A DNA stretch of 64,000 nucleotides, from assembly GCA_036385045.1 (NCBI GenBank), contig DASVLC010000252.1, positions 2,185 through 66,184 of the forward strand, in the 5' to 3' direction. A program made the translations under genes and the position numbers. Every line of letters starts with the position of its first letter. Position 1 is the first letter of the stretch. Positions 1 to 9,968 of the stretch are shown piece after piece. This DNA is from Thermoanaerobaculia bacterium. Lineage in GTDB: Bacteria > Acidobacteriota > Thermoanaerobaculia > Gp7-AA8. The notes beneath the pieces are model-generated. The model ran no database searches and had not been told where the DNA came from. It saw nothing but the letters and a program-made list of their open reading frames with translations.

Positions 1-89
1 TGCGTTCCGTAAACCAGGTGCCAGCCGACGATCAGCCGTACGAAGAACATCCCCCACTCGCGGCGCTGCTCGAACCACGCGAATCGCAT
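1..89 (-). CDS. DoxX-like membrane protein (N-terminal fragment; gene runs off the left edge)
   Basis: ATG at 89..87 on minus strand. Translation MRFAWFEQRREWGMFFVRLIVGWHLVYG resembles DoxX N-termini. Only ~29 aa are visible. Confidence 0.3.
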   Translation of the reverse strand, partial: MRFAWFEQRREWGMFFVRLIVGWHLVYGT

Positions 90-165
90 GCGGTCCCCCT
101 CTGTCCGATTGTGAGGGGAGTATCCACCGCGCGAGGGCTCTCCTGCTGCGACGGATCGGTGACTG

Positions 166-567
166 TTATGCGATCGCGGCGAGCGCCTTTTCCAGCCGCT
201 GCTTCGCGTCGCGCGCGACCTCGGCCACCGCCGGATTCGCGCCCACGATCGAAAGCATTGCGTTCGGATCGACAGCGGCGACGACGCTCGTTCCGTCTTC
301 GCTCTCGTAGACGATTACGTTGCAGGGCAGCAGCAGTCCGATCTCAGGCTCCGCCTGCAGCGCCTTGTAGGCCAGCGGAGGATTGCACGCGCCGAGGATC
401 ACGTAGCGTCTGTAGTCGACATCGAGCTTTTCCTTCAACTTCTCTCTCATGTCGATCTCGGAGAGCACCCCGAAGCCCTGTTCCTGCAGTGCGGCTCTCG
501 TCTTTTCTACCGCTTCGTCGTAGCCGAGCGCAATCGTCCTGCGGATGCCGTAATCCTGCTGTGCCAT
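166..567 (-). CDS. DUF302 domain protein
   Basis: ORF 166..714(-) trimmed to internal ATG (MAQQDYGIRRTIALGYDEAVEKTRAALQEQGFGVLSEIDMREKL...). Typical DUF302 length and sequence pattern. Confidence 0.65.
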   Translation of the reverse strand: MAQQDYGIRRTIALGYDEAVEKTRAALQEQGFGVLSEIDMREKLKEKLDVDYRRYVILGACNPPLAYKALQAEPEIGLLLPCNVIVYESEDGTSVVAAVDPNAMLSIVGANPAVAEVARDAKQRLEKALAAIA

Positions 568-737
568 CGTTCTTCCTCCAGCGACTCCCTCGGACCGTAC
601 CGCCGGGACCCGTGCTGGGCGGTGCGCCGGATCACCACGCCGTGGCGCAACCGGCCGGAAGACAGACAGCCGAAAGAAGCTCACCGGGAGCGATGCATCG
701 AGTGGACCAGGCAATACGCCCGGCCCACTCGAAACAC

Positions 738-1220
738 TTACTTCGGCAGGATGACGCTGTCGATCACGTGGATCACGCCGTTCGAAGCAGCGATGTCGGC
801 CTTCACGACTTTGGCGCCGTCGATGGTGACGCCTCCGTTCGCTGTTTTGATCGACACCGACTGACCGTTGACGGTCTTTGCCGACTGCAGCTTGACGACC
901 TGCGCGGAGCCGACCGAGCCCGCAACGACGTGGTACGTCAGGATCGCGCGGAGTTTGTCCTTGTTCTCCGGCTTCAGCAGACTCTCGACCGTGCCAGCCG
1001 GAAGCTTCGCGAATGCGGCGTCTGTCGGTGCGAAGACGGTGAACGGTCCGGCACCCTGGAGCGTCGATACGAGATCAGCCGCCTCGAGCGCGGCGGCCAG
1101 AGTGCCGAACGATCCCGCGGCGACCGCGGTCTGGACGATGTCCTTCTTCGGTGCCCCACCCGCGAAGGCGGAGCTGGTGACGAGTGTGAGGGCGATGACT
1201 GCGATTGCAATGCGTTTCAT
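738..1220 (-). CDS. Fasciclin (FAS1) domain secreted protein
   Basis: Start at [20 protein letters not shown] signal peptide. FAS1 motifs ([27 protein letters not shown]). Confidence 0.8.
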   Translation of the reverse strand: MKRIAIAVIALTLVTSSAFAGGAPKKDIVQTAVAAGSFGTLAAALEAADLVSTLQGAGPFTVFAPTDAAFAKLPAGTVESLLKPENKDKLRAILTYHVVAGSVGSAQVVKLQSAKTVNGQSVSIKTANGGVTIDGAKVVKADIAASNGVIHVIDSVILPK

Positions 1221-1378
1221 TTTTCTTCTCCTTGTGGCCTTGACTGCCGGCGACAGTTTGAAGATAGTGACAACTGCATTGAATGTCATTACGCATTTTG
1301 AGATCGTTGTCATGTGGTTAGAAATGACACGCGAAACTCTCATCTGATTCAAACGATCTGCACACCGAGGAGATCAGC

Positions 1379-1966
1379 ATGCTGTCCGCAACGCTGGAAG
1401 AGGGATTGAGAAACTACGAGATCGGGCAGAAAGTGCGCGCTCTCCGGCTGAAGAAGAAGATGGCGCTGGTCGAGCTCGGCCGGCACACAGGCCTCTCTGC
1501 CGCACTCCTCTCAAAGATCGAACGTTCCAACATCTATCCTCCCCTGCCGACACTGCTGCGGATCGCCATGGTCTTCGGCGTCGGGCTCGACTTCTTCTTT
1601 CGGGACGAATCGAAGCGGCAGGTGGTGTCGCTTGTCCGAAAGGAAGAACGCCAGAGCTTTCCCGACCAGCCCGATGGAAAGAATGTCTCCTGGTTCTTCG
1701 AGAGCCTCGACTTCAACGCCAACGAGCGGAAGCTGAATGCCTATCTCGCCGACTTCCAGCCGGTAGCAGCGGAGGACGCCGTCCCCCATGTTCACGACGG
1801 TGTCGAGTTCCTGCACGTGCTCAGTGGGCGGCTGACGATCACGGTGGGCATCCACGACCACGAGCTTCACGAAGGGGACTCGATCTATTTCGAGGCGTCG
1901 GTCCCGCACAGCTATCGGAGAGTGGGGAAACAGCGTTGCACCGCCGTGGTCGTCACCACAGTGTAG
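1379..1966 (+). CDS. XRE-family transcriptional regulator with C-terminal cupin domain
   Basis: N-terminal HTH_3 (KVRALRLKKKMALVELGRHTGLSAALLSKIER). C-terminal cupin_2 (HVHDGVEFLHVLSGRLTITVG...GDSIYFEASVPH). Confidence 0.8.
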   Translation: MLSATLEEGLRNYEIGQKVRALRLKKKMALVELGRHTGLSAALLSKIERSNIYPPLPTLLRIAMVFGVGLDFFFRDESKRQVVSLVRKEERQSFPDQPDGKNVSWFFESLDFNANERKLNAYLADFQPVAAEDAVPHVHDGVEFLHVLSGRLTITVGIHDHELHEGDSIYFEASVPHSYRRVGKQRCTAVVVTTV

Positions 1967-1998
1967 GAACATCATAGGATGCGGCGCAGGAGTGATGG

Positions 1999-3270
1999 AT
2001 GACCAAGACTTCCGGTACCGCCGGTTCGCTACGGCGTGACCTGACGCTCATCGATGCGGTGGGAATCGGATTCGGAGCGGTCATCGGTGCCGGCGTGTAC
2101 GTCGTCACGGGGATTGCCGCCGGCATCGCAGGCCCTGCACTGCTGCTCGCACTGCTGATGGCAGGGGCGGTCGCAGCCGCAAATGCGCTCAGCTCCGCAC
2201 AGCTGGCGGCGCGATATCCCGCTTCCGGCGGTTCCTATGAGTACGGCTACCAGCTTCTCGGACCGTGGCCCGGGTTCGTTGCGGGATGGATGTTCCTCGC
2301 AAGCAAGATTGCGGCAGCCGGCACCGTCGCGATCGGTCTTGGCAGCTACGTGGAACTGCTCATCCCGCAGCTCGACCCGCCATGGATCGCAACAGTCTCG
2401 GTCGTCCTCTTCACGATCCTGAACTACTTCGGTATCCGAAAGTCGAGCCGCCTCAATCTCTTCATCGTTGCGCTCTCGACCGGAGCCCTGCTGCTTCTCG
2501 TCGCCGCCGGCCTGCCGCACATCGAGCGTCAATCCTTCTCGCCGTTTCTCGCGTACGGCTGGCGGTCTCTCTTCGAAGCCTCGGCACTCATCTTCTTCGC
2601 CTACACCGGCTACGCCCGGATCGCGACGCTCGGTGAGGAAGTCTCGAATCCGCGGCGAACGATTCCGCGTGCAATCCTGATCACCATCGGCGGTGCGATC
2701 GCAATCTACATCGCGGTCGCCGCGGTCGCTGTCGGCACTGTCGGAGCCCCCGCGTTGAGTTCCAGCGGCGCCCCTCTCGGCGTCGTCGCCCGTGCGGTCG
2801 GTCCGGCCTGGCTTGCTACAGCGCTGCCGGTTGGTGCCCTCGCCGCAATGCTGGGTGTGATCCTCTCGCAGCTTCTCGGACTGAGCAGAATGGCCTTCGC
2901 GATGGCGCGCCGCGACGACCTTCCGGCGCCACTCGCCACAATCCATCCCCGCCACCATGTGCCCTCGATTGCTGTGCTGGTGATCGGCGCGATCGCAACG
3001 ATCGTCGCCGCAACCGGCTCACTGCGAGGCGTCGCCTCCGCGGCCGCCTTCATGATTCTCGTCTACTACGGCATCACGAATGTAGCCGCGCTTCGACTGA
3101 CGAAGCAGACGCGCATGTACAGCCCGATCGTCCCCGCCTTCGGCCTCTTCGGCTGTGTCGTCCTGGCTCTCTCTCTCCCACTCAGAACGATCGCAACCGG
3201 CATCGCGATCCTCGCCGCCGGCGCTCTCTTTCGACTCCTGTTCCGTCGCGCGTTCGCGCGCAAGGGGTAG
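1999..3270 (+). CDS. APC-family amino acid permease
   Basis: About 12 predicted TM helices. N-terminal APC signature (LIDAVGIGFGAVIGAGVYVVTG); 423 aa. Confidence 0.85.
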   Translation: MTKTSGTAGSLRRDLTLIDAVGIGFGAVIGAGVYVVTGIAAGIAGPALLLALLMAGAVAAANALSSAQLAARYPASGGSYEYGYQLLGPWPGFVAGWMFLASKIAAAGTVAIGLGSYVELLIPQLDPPWIATVSVVLFTILNYFGIRKSSRLNLFIVALSTGALLLLVAAGLPHIERQSFSPFLAYGWRSLFEASALIFFAYTGYARIATLGEEVSNPRRTIPRAILITIGGAIAIYIAVAAVAVGTVGAPALSSSGAPLGVVARAVGPAWLATALPVGALAAMLGVILSQLLGLSRMAFAMARRDDLPAPLATIHPRHHVPSIAVLVIGAIATIVAATGSLRGVASAAAFMILVYYGITNVAALRLTKQTRMYSPIVPAFGLFGCVVLALSLPLRTIATGIAILAAGALFRLLFRRAFARKG

Positions 3271-3297
3271 GGCGGAGACTCGACATCATGCCGCCGA

Positions 3298-4143
3298 TCA
3301 CGGCACCTCGTGCAGAACGACCTTCCCCTTCCCTGAGCTCTTCCCTGAATACATCGCGTCGTCCGCAGCCCGCACCAGGTCCTCGGCAGAATCCGGCACG
3401 GAACTGAAGTGTGCGATGCCGACCGTTGCACCGAACCGCACGTCGGCGTAGAGACTCGCCAGCCCCCGGACCCGATCCACGATCTCCTCCCCCGCCACGG
3501 TTGCCGACGACACGTTGCATCCGGGCAGAAGAAGTGCGAACTCGTCTCCGCCGATCCGTGCGACAAGGTCCTTCTCGCCGATCGCGTCTTTCAGCACGTT
3601 GCCGACTTCGACGAGAATGTCGTCGCCGGCTGCATGTCCCAGGTAGTCATTGAACTTCTTGAAGTTGTCGAGATCGACATAAAGCACGCACAACGACCGG
3701 TTCGTACTGCGCGCGCGGTCGACTTCCTTCTGTACCGATTCGAGAAACGAGCGGCCATTCGGCAATCCGGTCACTATGTCGGTGCGGGCCAGCGCGGCCT
3801 CGCGAAGGGCATACCGGCGAAGGATGTCACGGTCACGCCGCAGCAACGCCAGCATTACGCCCTCGCTCACATAGATGACCAGTCGCGTAAAACCGTTCCA
3901 CAGCGAGACCGTGAGGTTCCCATCAGGCATCCACAACAGATTGGCTGTGAGCCAGGCACCCGCCGCCAATATGCCGAGAGCGACTGCGGCGACCAACCCT
4001 GCATACCAGCCAACCGCGGCGACCGGAAGCAGATAGATAAGCGATAACCCGATGTCGGGGCCCGTAATGAGATCAAGCCATCCAATGCCGGCGACGGCTA
4101 TGGTCGCGACAAGGATGACGAATGCGCGATTCCTACGCTTCAT
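3298..4143 (-). CDS. Membrane-anchored diguanylate cyclase (GGDEF)
   Basis: N-terminal TM segments. GGDEF domain with an intact active-site motif (RIGGDEFALLL). Confidence 0.85.
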   Translation of the reverse strand: MKRRNRAFVILVATIAVAGIGWLDLITGPDIGLSLIYLLPVAAVGWYAGLVAAVALGILAAGAWLTANLLWMPDGNLTVSLWNGFTRLVIYVSEGVMLALLRRDRDILRRYALREAALARTDIVTGLPNGRSFLESVQKEVDRARSTNRSLCVLYVDLDNFKKFNDYLGHAAGDDILVEVGNVLKDAIGEKDLVARIGGDEFALLLPGCNVSSATVAGEEIVDRVRGLASLYADVRFGATVGIAHFSSVPDSAEDLVRAADDAMYSGKSSGKGKVVLHEVP

Positions 4144-4225
4144 ACTCGAGACTGTCTGAATCGAACCCGGTCAATTGCTGAGGAATGCCTACAATAGCAG
4201 ACGCAATTTGCATGGGGAACGAAAG

Positions 4226-4642
4226 ATGCAGTCAATTGCGCTCGGATTGCTGATGGTACTTGCCGCAGACTCTGCTCCACCTACTCTGCCTCCCTGCCAG
4301 CGAACTCCGAACTGCGTCTCCACGCATGGCAAAGGGACGCAGGCGATCGCACCCTTTCGATATTCGGGCACCGGAAAGGTCGCAATGGAAAGACTCGTGG
4401 CAATTCTCGAGAAAATGCCGCGCACGACCGTTATCTCCGCGAGTCCGACATCGCTTACGGTCGAGTTCAAGACCGCTTTCTTCCGGTTCACTGATGACGC
4501 GATCTTCATCATCGACGACCGAACGAAGACAATTCAGTTCCGCTCCGCTTCGCGTGTCGGCCGCTCTGACCTCGGCGTAAACCGGCGGCGGATGGAGAAG
4601 CTCCGCGAAAGCTTCGAACGTAGTGACAGGAGTGAGAAATGA
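4226..4642 (+). CDS. DUF1499 family protein
   Basis: ORF 4175..4642 trimmed to MQSIALGLLMVLA (signal/TM). Contains a PNCVST motif and the conserved C-terminal block RSASRVGRSDLGVNRRRM typical of DUF1499. Confidence 0.55.
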   Translation: MQSIALGLLMVLAADSAPPTLPPCQRTPNCVSTHGKGTQAIAPFRYSGTGKVAMERLVAILEKMPRTTVISASPTSLTVEFKTAFFRFTDDAIFIIDDRTKTIQFRSASRVGRSDLGVNRRRMEKLRESFERSDRSEK

Positions 4643-5202
4643 CGACAATCGTCGGTTTTTCGGGAAGCCTTCGCACGGAATCACTCAACACGAAGCTGCT
4701 CGAGGCCGCGGCGTCGCTGATGCCGGATGACGTCACGTTCGAGCTTGTGACCATCCGCGGAATTCCCCTTTATGACGGCGACGTGGAAGAGAAAGAGGGA
4801 AGCCCCGAGGCAGTTCGCTCGCTCAAGGGACGACTCGCGGCGGCGGACGGGTTGCTCATCGCATCGCCAGAGTACAACCACTCGATTCCAGGAGTCGTGA
4901 AGAACGCCATCGACTGGCTCTCGCGGCCGCCGAAGGAGATCCCCCGCGTCTTCGGACGCCTGCCGGTGGCCGTCATCGGTGCGACACCCGGGCGCGGAGG
5001 AACGGCGCTCGCGCAGGCTGCGTGGCTGCCGGTACTGCACGCGCTTGGTACACGCGCCTTTTCAGGCCGGGCGATGCAGGTGTCGGGAGCGGGTGCGCTG
5101 TTCGACACGACCGGCCTGAAGGACGAGGAGACACGAAAGAGGCTCGCGACATTCGTGACCGAGTTCATTACGTTCGCTCGGGAGAATCGTCGACACGAGT
5201 AG
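4639..5202 (+). CDS. NAD(P)H-dependent FMN reductase (flavodoxin-like fold)
   Basis: Motifs IVGFSGSLRTESLN and ASPEYNHSIPGVVKNAIDWLSRPP match NADPH-dependent FMN reductase (ChrR/ArsH-like). The 4-bp overlap with the upstream gene suggests coupling. Confidence 0.8.
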   Translation: MTTIVGFSGSLRTESLNTKLLEAAASLMPDDVTFELVTIRGIPLYDGDVEEKEGSPEAVRSLKGRLAAADGLLIASPEYNHSIPGVVKNAIDWLSRPPKEIPRVFGRLPVAVIGATPGRGGTALAQAAWLPVLHALGTRAFSGRAMQVSGAGALFDTTGLKDEETRKRLATFVTEFITFARENRRHE

Positions 5203-5437
5203 GGGTTCGAGGCCTCCGGTTCTCGACACGGCGCGCTTCTGTGGGTCGCCGGCAAGGGATCCCTCGCCGTCCTCCGCCCCTCCCGCCTTCACACCCGCCC
5301 CGGGGCTGCGGCGGCTCGGGATGACAGGAGCGTCATCTCAAACAGCGCCAAAGGAAGTACCCCTTGGGACACACGCAGAAGCATCGGTCGCGTCACTGTT
5401 GCTTCCTTCGGCTTCCCATCTATTTATAATCGTTCGA

Positions 5438-6316
5438 ATGCGCACGACCTTTCTTGCCCTCCTCCTCGCCGCCTCTCCGATTTCCGCCTTCGCCCAGGAC
5501 TTCAGCAAGGTGGAAGTGAAGGCGATGAAGGTCGCCGGCAGCGTCTACCTGATTACCGGGGCCGGCGGCAACATCGGCGTCTCGGTAGGGGACGACGGAA
5601 TTGTCCTCGTCGATGACCAGTACGCTCCTCTCGCACCGAAGATCGAGGCGGCGCTCGCGACGATCACCGACAAGCCGGTGCGGTTCATTCTGAATACCCA
5701 CTACCACGGCGATCACACCGGCGGAAATGAACACTTCGGCAAGTCGGCGCCGATCGTCGCGCATGAGAACGTCAGGAAACGCCTGAAGGAAGGAATGACC
5801 ACTCCGCAGCGGACCGTTCCGCCCGCACCCAAAGGCGCTCTTCCGGTCCTGACGTTCAACGACTCGGTGACGATCCACATCAACGGCGAAGACGTGCGTG
5901 CGGTTCACTTCCCTCACGCCCACACCGACGGCGACTCGGTGATCTGGTTCACGCAGTCGAATGTCATCCACATGGGAGACAACTTCTTCAACGGCGCCTT
6001 CCCCTTCATCGATCTCGACAGCGGCGGCAGCGTGAAGGGAAAAATCGACGTTGTCGAGAAGGTCGCATCGATGATCACGGCAGACACAAAGGTGATCGCG
6101 GGCCACGGACCACTCGGCGACCGCAAAGCCCTGCTCGCCTACGCGGCAATGATCCGAGAAACCGCAGCGGTCGTGGCCGAAGGCATCAAGGCGGGTAAGT
6201 CGGCCGAGCAGCTCAAGGAGGAGAAGGTTCTCGCTGCCTGGGACGAGGCATGGGGGAAGGGGTTCATCAAGGCGGACCGCTACATCGACACGCTCTATCG
6301 CGATCTTTCACGTTAG
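5438..6316 (+). CDS. Secreted MBL-fold metallo-hydrolase
   Basis: ORF 5321..6316 trimmed to MRTTFLALLLAASPISAFAQ signal peptide. HxHxDH zinc motif (HYHGDHTGGN) and downstream His/Asp ligands. Confidence 0.8.
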   Translation: MRTTFLALLLAASPISAFAQDFSKVEVKAMKVAGSVYLITGAGGNIGVSVGDDGIVLVDDQYAPLAPKIEAALATITDKPVRFILNTHYHGDHTGGNEHFGKSAPIVAHENVRKRLKEGMTTPQRTVPPAPKGALPVLTFNDSVTIHINGEDVRAVHFPHAHTDGDSVIWFTQSNVIHMGDNFFNGAFPFIDLDSGGSVKGKIDVVEKVASMITADTKVIAGHGPLGDRKALLAYAAMIRETAAVVAEGIKAGKSAEQLKEEKVLAAWDEAWGKGFIKADRYIDTLYRDLSR

Positions 6317-6405
6317 CTCTGCACCGGCGGTTGCGCGATGTGGGAAAAGCGGCGGCGAAGGCCGCCGCGCTCCAAAGCGCTTCGCGCGACGTCCTGGCCG
6401 GTCTC

Positions 6406-7116
6406 TCAGCGACGTCCCGCAGGAAGCTCTTCAAGAAACCGATACTCGGATCTGAACGAGCGGCGCATCCAGAGGGCACCGACATCGCCGGTCACCGTCA
6501 TCGACTCGAGGCGGTAACCATCCACCGGCCCACTTGCCATCCGCAGCGTCGAGTGGAAGGACCGTACGCCGAACGGCAATGGGCGTGGCTCGAAATCGAT
6601 CGTGACGGAATTGGCGGATCGTGACACGGCGACGGTCCCGAGGATCTCGTGCTCATCACGGCGCATCGTGAACTCGAACCGGACGACTCCTCCGCTCTCG
6701 CCTATCCGTCGATAGCTGACCAGCGGCTGAAGCTGGGGATGGATAGGAATGTCGTCAATCCGGAACGGAGCTGCCCGCCGGCGCCGCGTGTCGATCTCGT
6801 TCCTTCGTTCGCGCCCTTCTCTGTCGAGCACCTTCGCCCCTTCGCGGCGATGGATGATCTTCGAATGCAGTTCGCCGTCCTGATCGGTCCGAAAGGTAAC
6901 CCACGTCTCGATCTCCGACTCCCCGCCCACACCCGACCCCGTCGTCATCACGATCGCCGCCTGAGGAGTGAGTCTTCCGCGGCCAGCCATTTCGACCGCA
7001 CGATTCCAGACCGGGTCACCGGCAAGAATCTGTGATTCCCCGCCGCTGACGGAGAGCGCGAGCAGAAGCATCGCCGCCAGCGGTGCTGAAGATCCTGCTC
7101 GTCGGATTGTCTTCAT
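6406..7116 (-). CDS. Hypothetical secreted protein (possibly LolA-like / lipoprotein-sorting fold)
   Basis: Clear signal peptide (MKTIRRAGSSAPLAAMLLLALSVSGG). No recognizable catalytic motif. The family assignment is uncertain. Confidence 0.45.
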   Translation of the reverse strand: MKTIRRAGSSAPLAAMLLLALSVSGGESQILAGDPVWNRAVEMAGRGRLTPQAAIVMTTGSGVGGESEIETWVTFRTDQDGELHSKIIHRREGAKVLDREGRERRNEIDTRRRRAAPFRIDDIPIHPQLQPLVSYRRIGESGGVVRFEFTMRRDEHEILGTVAVSRSANSVTIDFEPRPLPFGVRSFHSTLRMASGPVDGYRLESMTVTGDVGALWMRRSFRSEYRFLEELPAGRR

Positions 7117-7241
7117 CGCCGCGAATCATCGCACTTCGCGTGCCGGCAGCAGACGCGGTCGCCGCCACCCGGAAGTAGATCCCGCTGGCTCATCGAAGCG
7201 CCGCGCGCACCCTCGCTCCCAAGGTCTATCATGGATGTCTG

Positions 7242-7718
7242 ATGCGCAGATCCAGACCGGCACTCGAGCTGAGCGACGCCCGCGAACAGGGCTACTACAA
7301 CATCGGCGAGGCCGCGGCCGCTTCGGGGGTGAGTGCGAAGATGATCCGGCACTACGAGCAGATCGGCGTGATACCGCCGGCCGACCGTACCTTCGCAAAC
7401 TACCGGATCTACTCGAGAGCCGACGTCCATACACTTCAGTTCGTCCGACGCGCCAGGACTCTCGGCTTCTCGATGAAACAGATCCAGGCGCTTCTCGGCC
7501 TCTGGCTTCAACATCGGCCGAGCAAGGAAGTGAAACGGCTCGCGCTCGAACATGTCCGGGAGCTCGAGGAGAAGATTGACGAGATGGTCGCGATGAAGCG
7601 GACGCTCGAGGCCCTTGCCGAGCATTGCCACGGTGATCACCGGCCAGAATGCCCGATCCTCGATGACCTCGCCGGCACTCCTGATGACGGTACGGATCAG
7701 ACCTGCCACTCACACTGA
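7242..7718 (+). CDS. MerR-family metal-responsive regulator (CueR-like)
   Basis: MerR HTH (YNIGEAAAASGVSAKMIRHYEQIGV...ANYRIY), a dimerisation coiled coil, and a C-terminal CHGDHRPEC loop (Cys-x7-Cys, as in CueR). The true start may lie downstream of 7242. Confidence 0.75.
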   Translation: MRRSRPALELSDAREQGYYNIGEAAAASGVSAKMIRHYEQIGVIPPADRTFANYRIYSRADVHTLQFVRRARTLGFSMKQIQALLGLWLQHRPSKEVKRLALEHVRELEEKIDEMVAMKRTLEALAEHCHGDHRPECPILDDLAGTPDDGTDQTCHSH

Positions 7719-7827
7719 TCCCTCGCGTCCGATGGGGCGTGGCGACCATGTCTGCTCTCGTCGCCTGCGCAGCGCGTGACCGGTTGCGCACCTGACTTGC
7801 AAGCCCAACCGACGAAGGAGATTTCTG

Positions 7828-8199
7828 ATGTCGAGTGTCGGTCGAACGTTGTGGGCGATTGCAGAGGGCTACATACCAGCCGGGAGTACGGGACCTGAGC
7901 CTCAGATGACCAGCCACGAGACCGCCTGCATTCTCAATGCTGGCGATCGCCCGGCCAATGTAGAGATCACCATCTATTACACCGACCGGGAGCCCGGCGG
8001 GCCATACCGTGTGACAGTGGAGCCGCGCCGGACTCTGCACCTCCGGTTCAACGACCTGACTGATCCCGAACCGATTCCTCTGGACACCGATTACGCGAGC
8101 GTCTTCCGTTCAGACGTCGAGATCGTCGTCCAGCACACGCGGCTCGACTCCCGGCAGGCGGAAAACGCCCTGCTGTCGACCATGGCCTTCGCCGGGTGA
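7828..8199 (+). CDS. Sensory-rhodopsin-transducer-like protein (ASRT family, DUF1362)
   Basis: 123 aa. It is near-collinear with the Anabaena sensory rhodopsin transducer (WAIAEGYIP...PEPQ..SHET.CILNAGD...V.ITIYY.D.EP.GPYR.TV..RRT.H.RFNDL.DP.PIP.DTD.ASV..S...IVVQHTRLDSRQAENALLST.A.A), recalled from memory. Confidence 0.6.
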   Translation: MSSVGRTLWAIAEGYIPAGSTGPEPQMTSHETACILNAGDRPANVEITIYYTDREPGGPYRVTVEPRRTLHLRFNDLTDPEPIPLDTDYASVFRSDVEIVVQHTRLDSRQAENALLSTMAFAG

Positions 8200-8215
8200 G
8201 AGCAGCGGTGAAACG

Positions 8216-9916
8216 ATGATCGAAGACCTCTGGTACAAGAACGCCATCATCTACAGCCTCGATCTCGAGACGTTCATGGACTCGAACGGCGACGGCTGCG
8301 GCGACTTCGAAGGCCTCGCCCGTCGTCTCGACTATCTCGAGACGCTCGGTGTCGACGTGATCTGGCTCGCGCCGTTCCACCCTTCGCCCAACCGCGACAA
8401 CGGCTACGACGTCAGTGACTACTACGGCATTGACCCTCGCCATGGTTCCTCGGGGAACTTCGTGGAGTTCATTCACCAGGCGAAGAAGCGCGGGATGCGG
8501 GTGATCATCGACCTCGTCATCAACCACACATCCAGCGACCACCCCTGGTTCCAGGAGTCGCGAAGCGACCGCAACTCGCCGCGGCGGGACTGGTACATCT
8601 GGTCGAAGAGGCGCCCGGCCAACTGGAACGAAGGGATGATTTTTCCGGGCGTGCAGACGACGACCTGGACCCGCGATCCGGTCGCCGGTGAGTACTACTT
8701 CCATCGGTTCTTCGACTTCCAGCCCGACCTGAATACGCACAATCCCGAAGTGCGTAAAGAGATCCGCCGCATCATCGGCTACTGGCTCCAACTCGGCGTG
8801 GACGGCTTCCGTGTCGATGCGGTGCCGTTCATTCTCGAGCATCCCGATCCGAAGCAGCTCGACTCCAAGCCGAAGATGGACTTCGCGATCCTCGAGGAGC
8901 TCCGCGCCTTCCTGCAATGGCGGGTCGGCAGCGCAGTACTGCTTGGCGAAGCCAATGTTTCACCCGATGAAGTGGAGAAGTACTACCGCGAAGGTCGCGG
9001 CATCCACATGATGTTCAACTTCTGGGTGAACCAGCACCTCTTCTACGCTCTCGCCTCCGGAGAGGTGCAGCTGCTCGCTGACGCGCTCGAGGCGACACGC
9101 GAGCTGCCGCAGACGGCGCAGTGGGCCCATTTCCTTCGCAACCACGACGAGCTCGACCTCGGCCGTTTGAGCGATGAGCAGCGGGAAGTTGTGTTCGCGA
9201 AATTCGGGCCGGAAGAAAGGATGCAGCTCTACGACCGCGGAATCCGCCGCCGGCTCGCGCCGATGCTCGGCGACCGCGCCGAGCTGGAGCTCGCCTACAG
9301 CGTCATGCTCTCGCTACCCGGGACTCCGGTCCTTCGCTACGGCGATGAGATCGGCATGGGCGACGACCTCGAGCTCGATCAGCGGGACGCCGTCAGAACT
9401 CCTATGCAGTGGTCGGACGCGCCGGGTGCAGGCTTCTCCACGGCGAGCAAGCTCGTGCATCCGGTGATCGATCACGGGCCCTACGGTCACTCGCACATCA
9501 ATGTCGAGAAACAGAAGCGGGATCCTGACTCGCTCCTTCGCTGGATGACGCGGATGATTCATATCCGAAAGGAGTGTCCGGAGATCGGCTGGGGCAGCTG
9601 GTCTCTCCTCGAGACAAAGCTGCCGAGCGTCCTGGCTATGGTTTATGAGTGGCGCGGCAACCAGCTTCTCATCGTTCACAACTTCGCAGGACGCCGCCAG
9701 GATGTCGTACTGCCGTTGCGCCAGCAGGAGGGGGAGAAGATCTTCGACCTGCTGAAGGAAGAGGAGAGCCGAGCCGATCGGCGTGGACGTCACACGATCG
9801 TCCTCGAGGCACACGGCTACAGATGGTTCCGCGTCGGCAACCTCGAGGCAGCGCTTCACCGAACGGACAACGACATGCCTCCCCCCGCTCCTCCGAAGAA
9901 GAAGCGAGGGAAATGA
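8216..9916 (+). CDS. treS: GH13 alpha-amylase family protein, trehalose synthase (maltose alpha-D-glucosyltransferase)-like
   Basis: N-terminus WYKNAIIYSLDLETFMDSNGDGCGDFEGL...LGVDVIWLAPFHPSP..DNGYDVSDYY...VIIDLVINHTSSDHPWFQES matches the TreS signature blocks. GH13 catalytic regions are present (GFRVDAVP, EANV, NHDEL). Confidence 0.7.
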   Translation: MIEDLWYKNAIIYSLDLETFMDSNGDGCGDFEGLARRLDYLETLGVDVIWLAPFHPSPNRDNGYDVSDYYGIDPRHGSSGNFVEFIHQAKKRGMRVIIDLVINHTSSDHPWFQESRSDRNSPRRDWYIWSKRRPANWNEGMIFPGVQTTTWTRDPVAGEYYFHRFFDFQPDLNTHNPEVRKEIRRIIGYWLQLGVDGFRVDAVPFILEHPDPKQLDSKPKMDFAILEELRAFLQWRVGSAVLLGEANVSPDEVEKYYREGRGIHMMFNFWVNQHLFYALASGEVQLLADALEATRELPQTAQWAHFLRNHDELDLGRLSDEQREVVFAKFGPEERMQLYDRGIRRRLAPMLGDRAELELAYSVMLSLPGTPVLRYGDEIGMGDDLELDQRDAVRTPMQWSDAPGAGFSTASKLVHPVIDHGPYGHSHINVEKQKRDPDSLLRWMTRMIHIRKECPEIGWGSWSLLETKLPSVLAMVYEWRGNQLLIVHNFAGRRQDVVLPLRQQEGEKIFDLLKEEESRADRRGRHTIVLEAHGYRWFRVGNLEAALHRTDNDMPPPAPPKKKRGK

Positions 9917-9968
9917 CTCTGGCTGCCATGGCTCCACGATTGGAATGCCTCACGCAGAGCGCTTCCGT

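Noticed and set aside
18-1301. 427-aa plus-strand ORF spanning the first 1.3 kb
   Set aside because: It is Arg/Ser/Pro-rich with no domain signal. It overlaps two minus-strand genes that have clear DUF302 and fasciclin signatures. This is a typical high-GC alternative-frame artefact.
2029-2958. 309-aa minus-strand ORF antisense to the amino acid permease
   Set aside because: The composition (R/D/E/G-rich) is not protein-like. The sense strand encodes an obvious 12-TM APC transporter.
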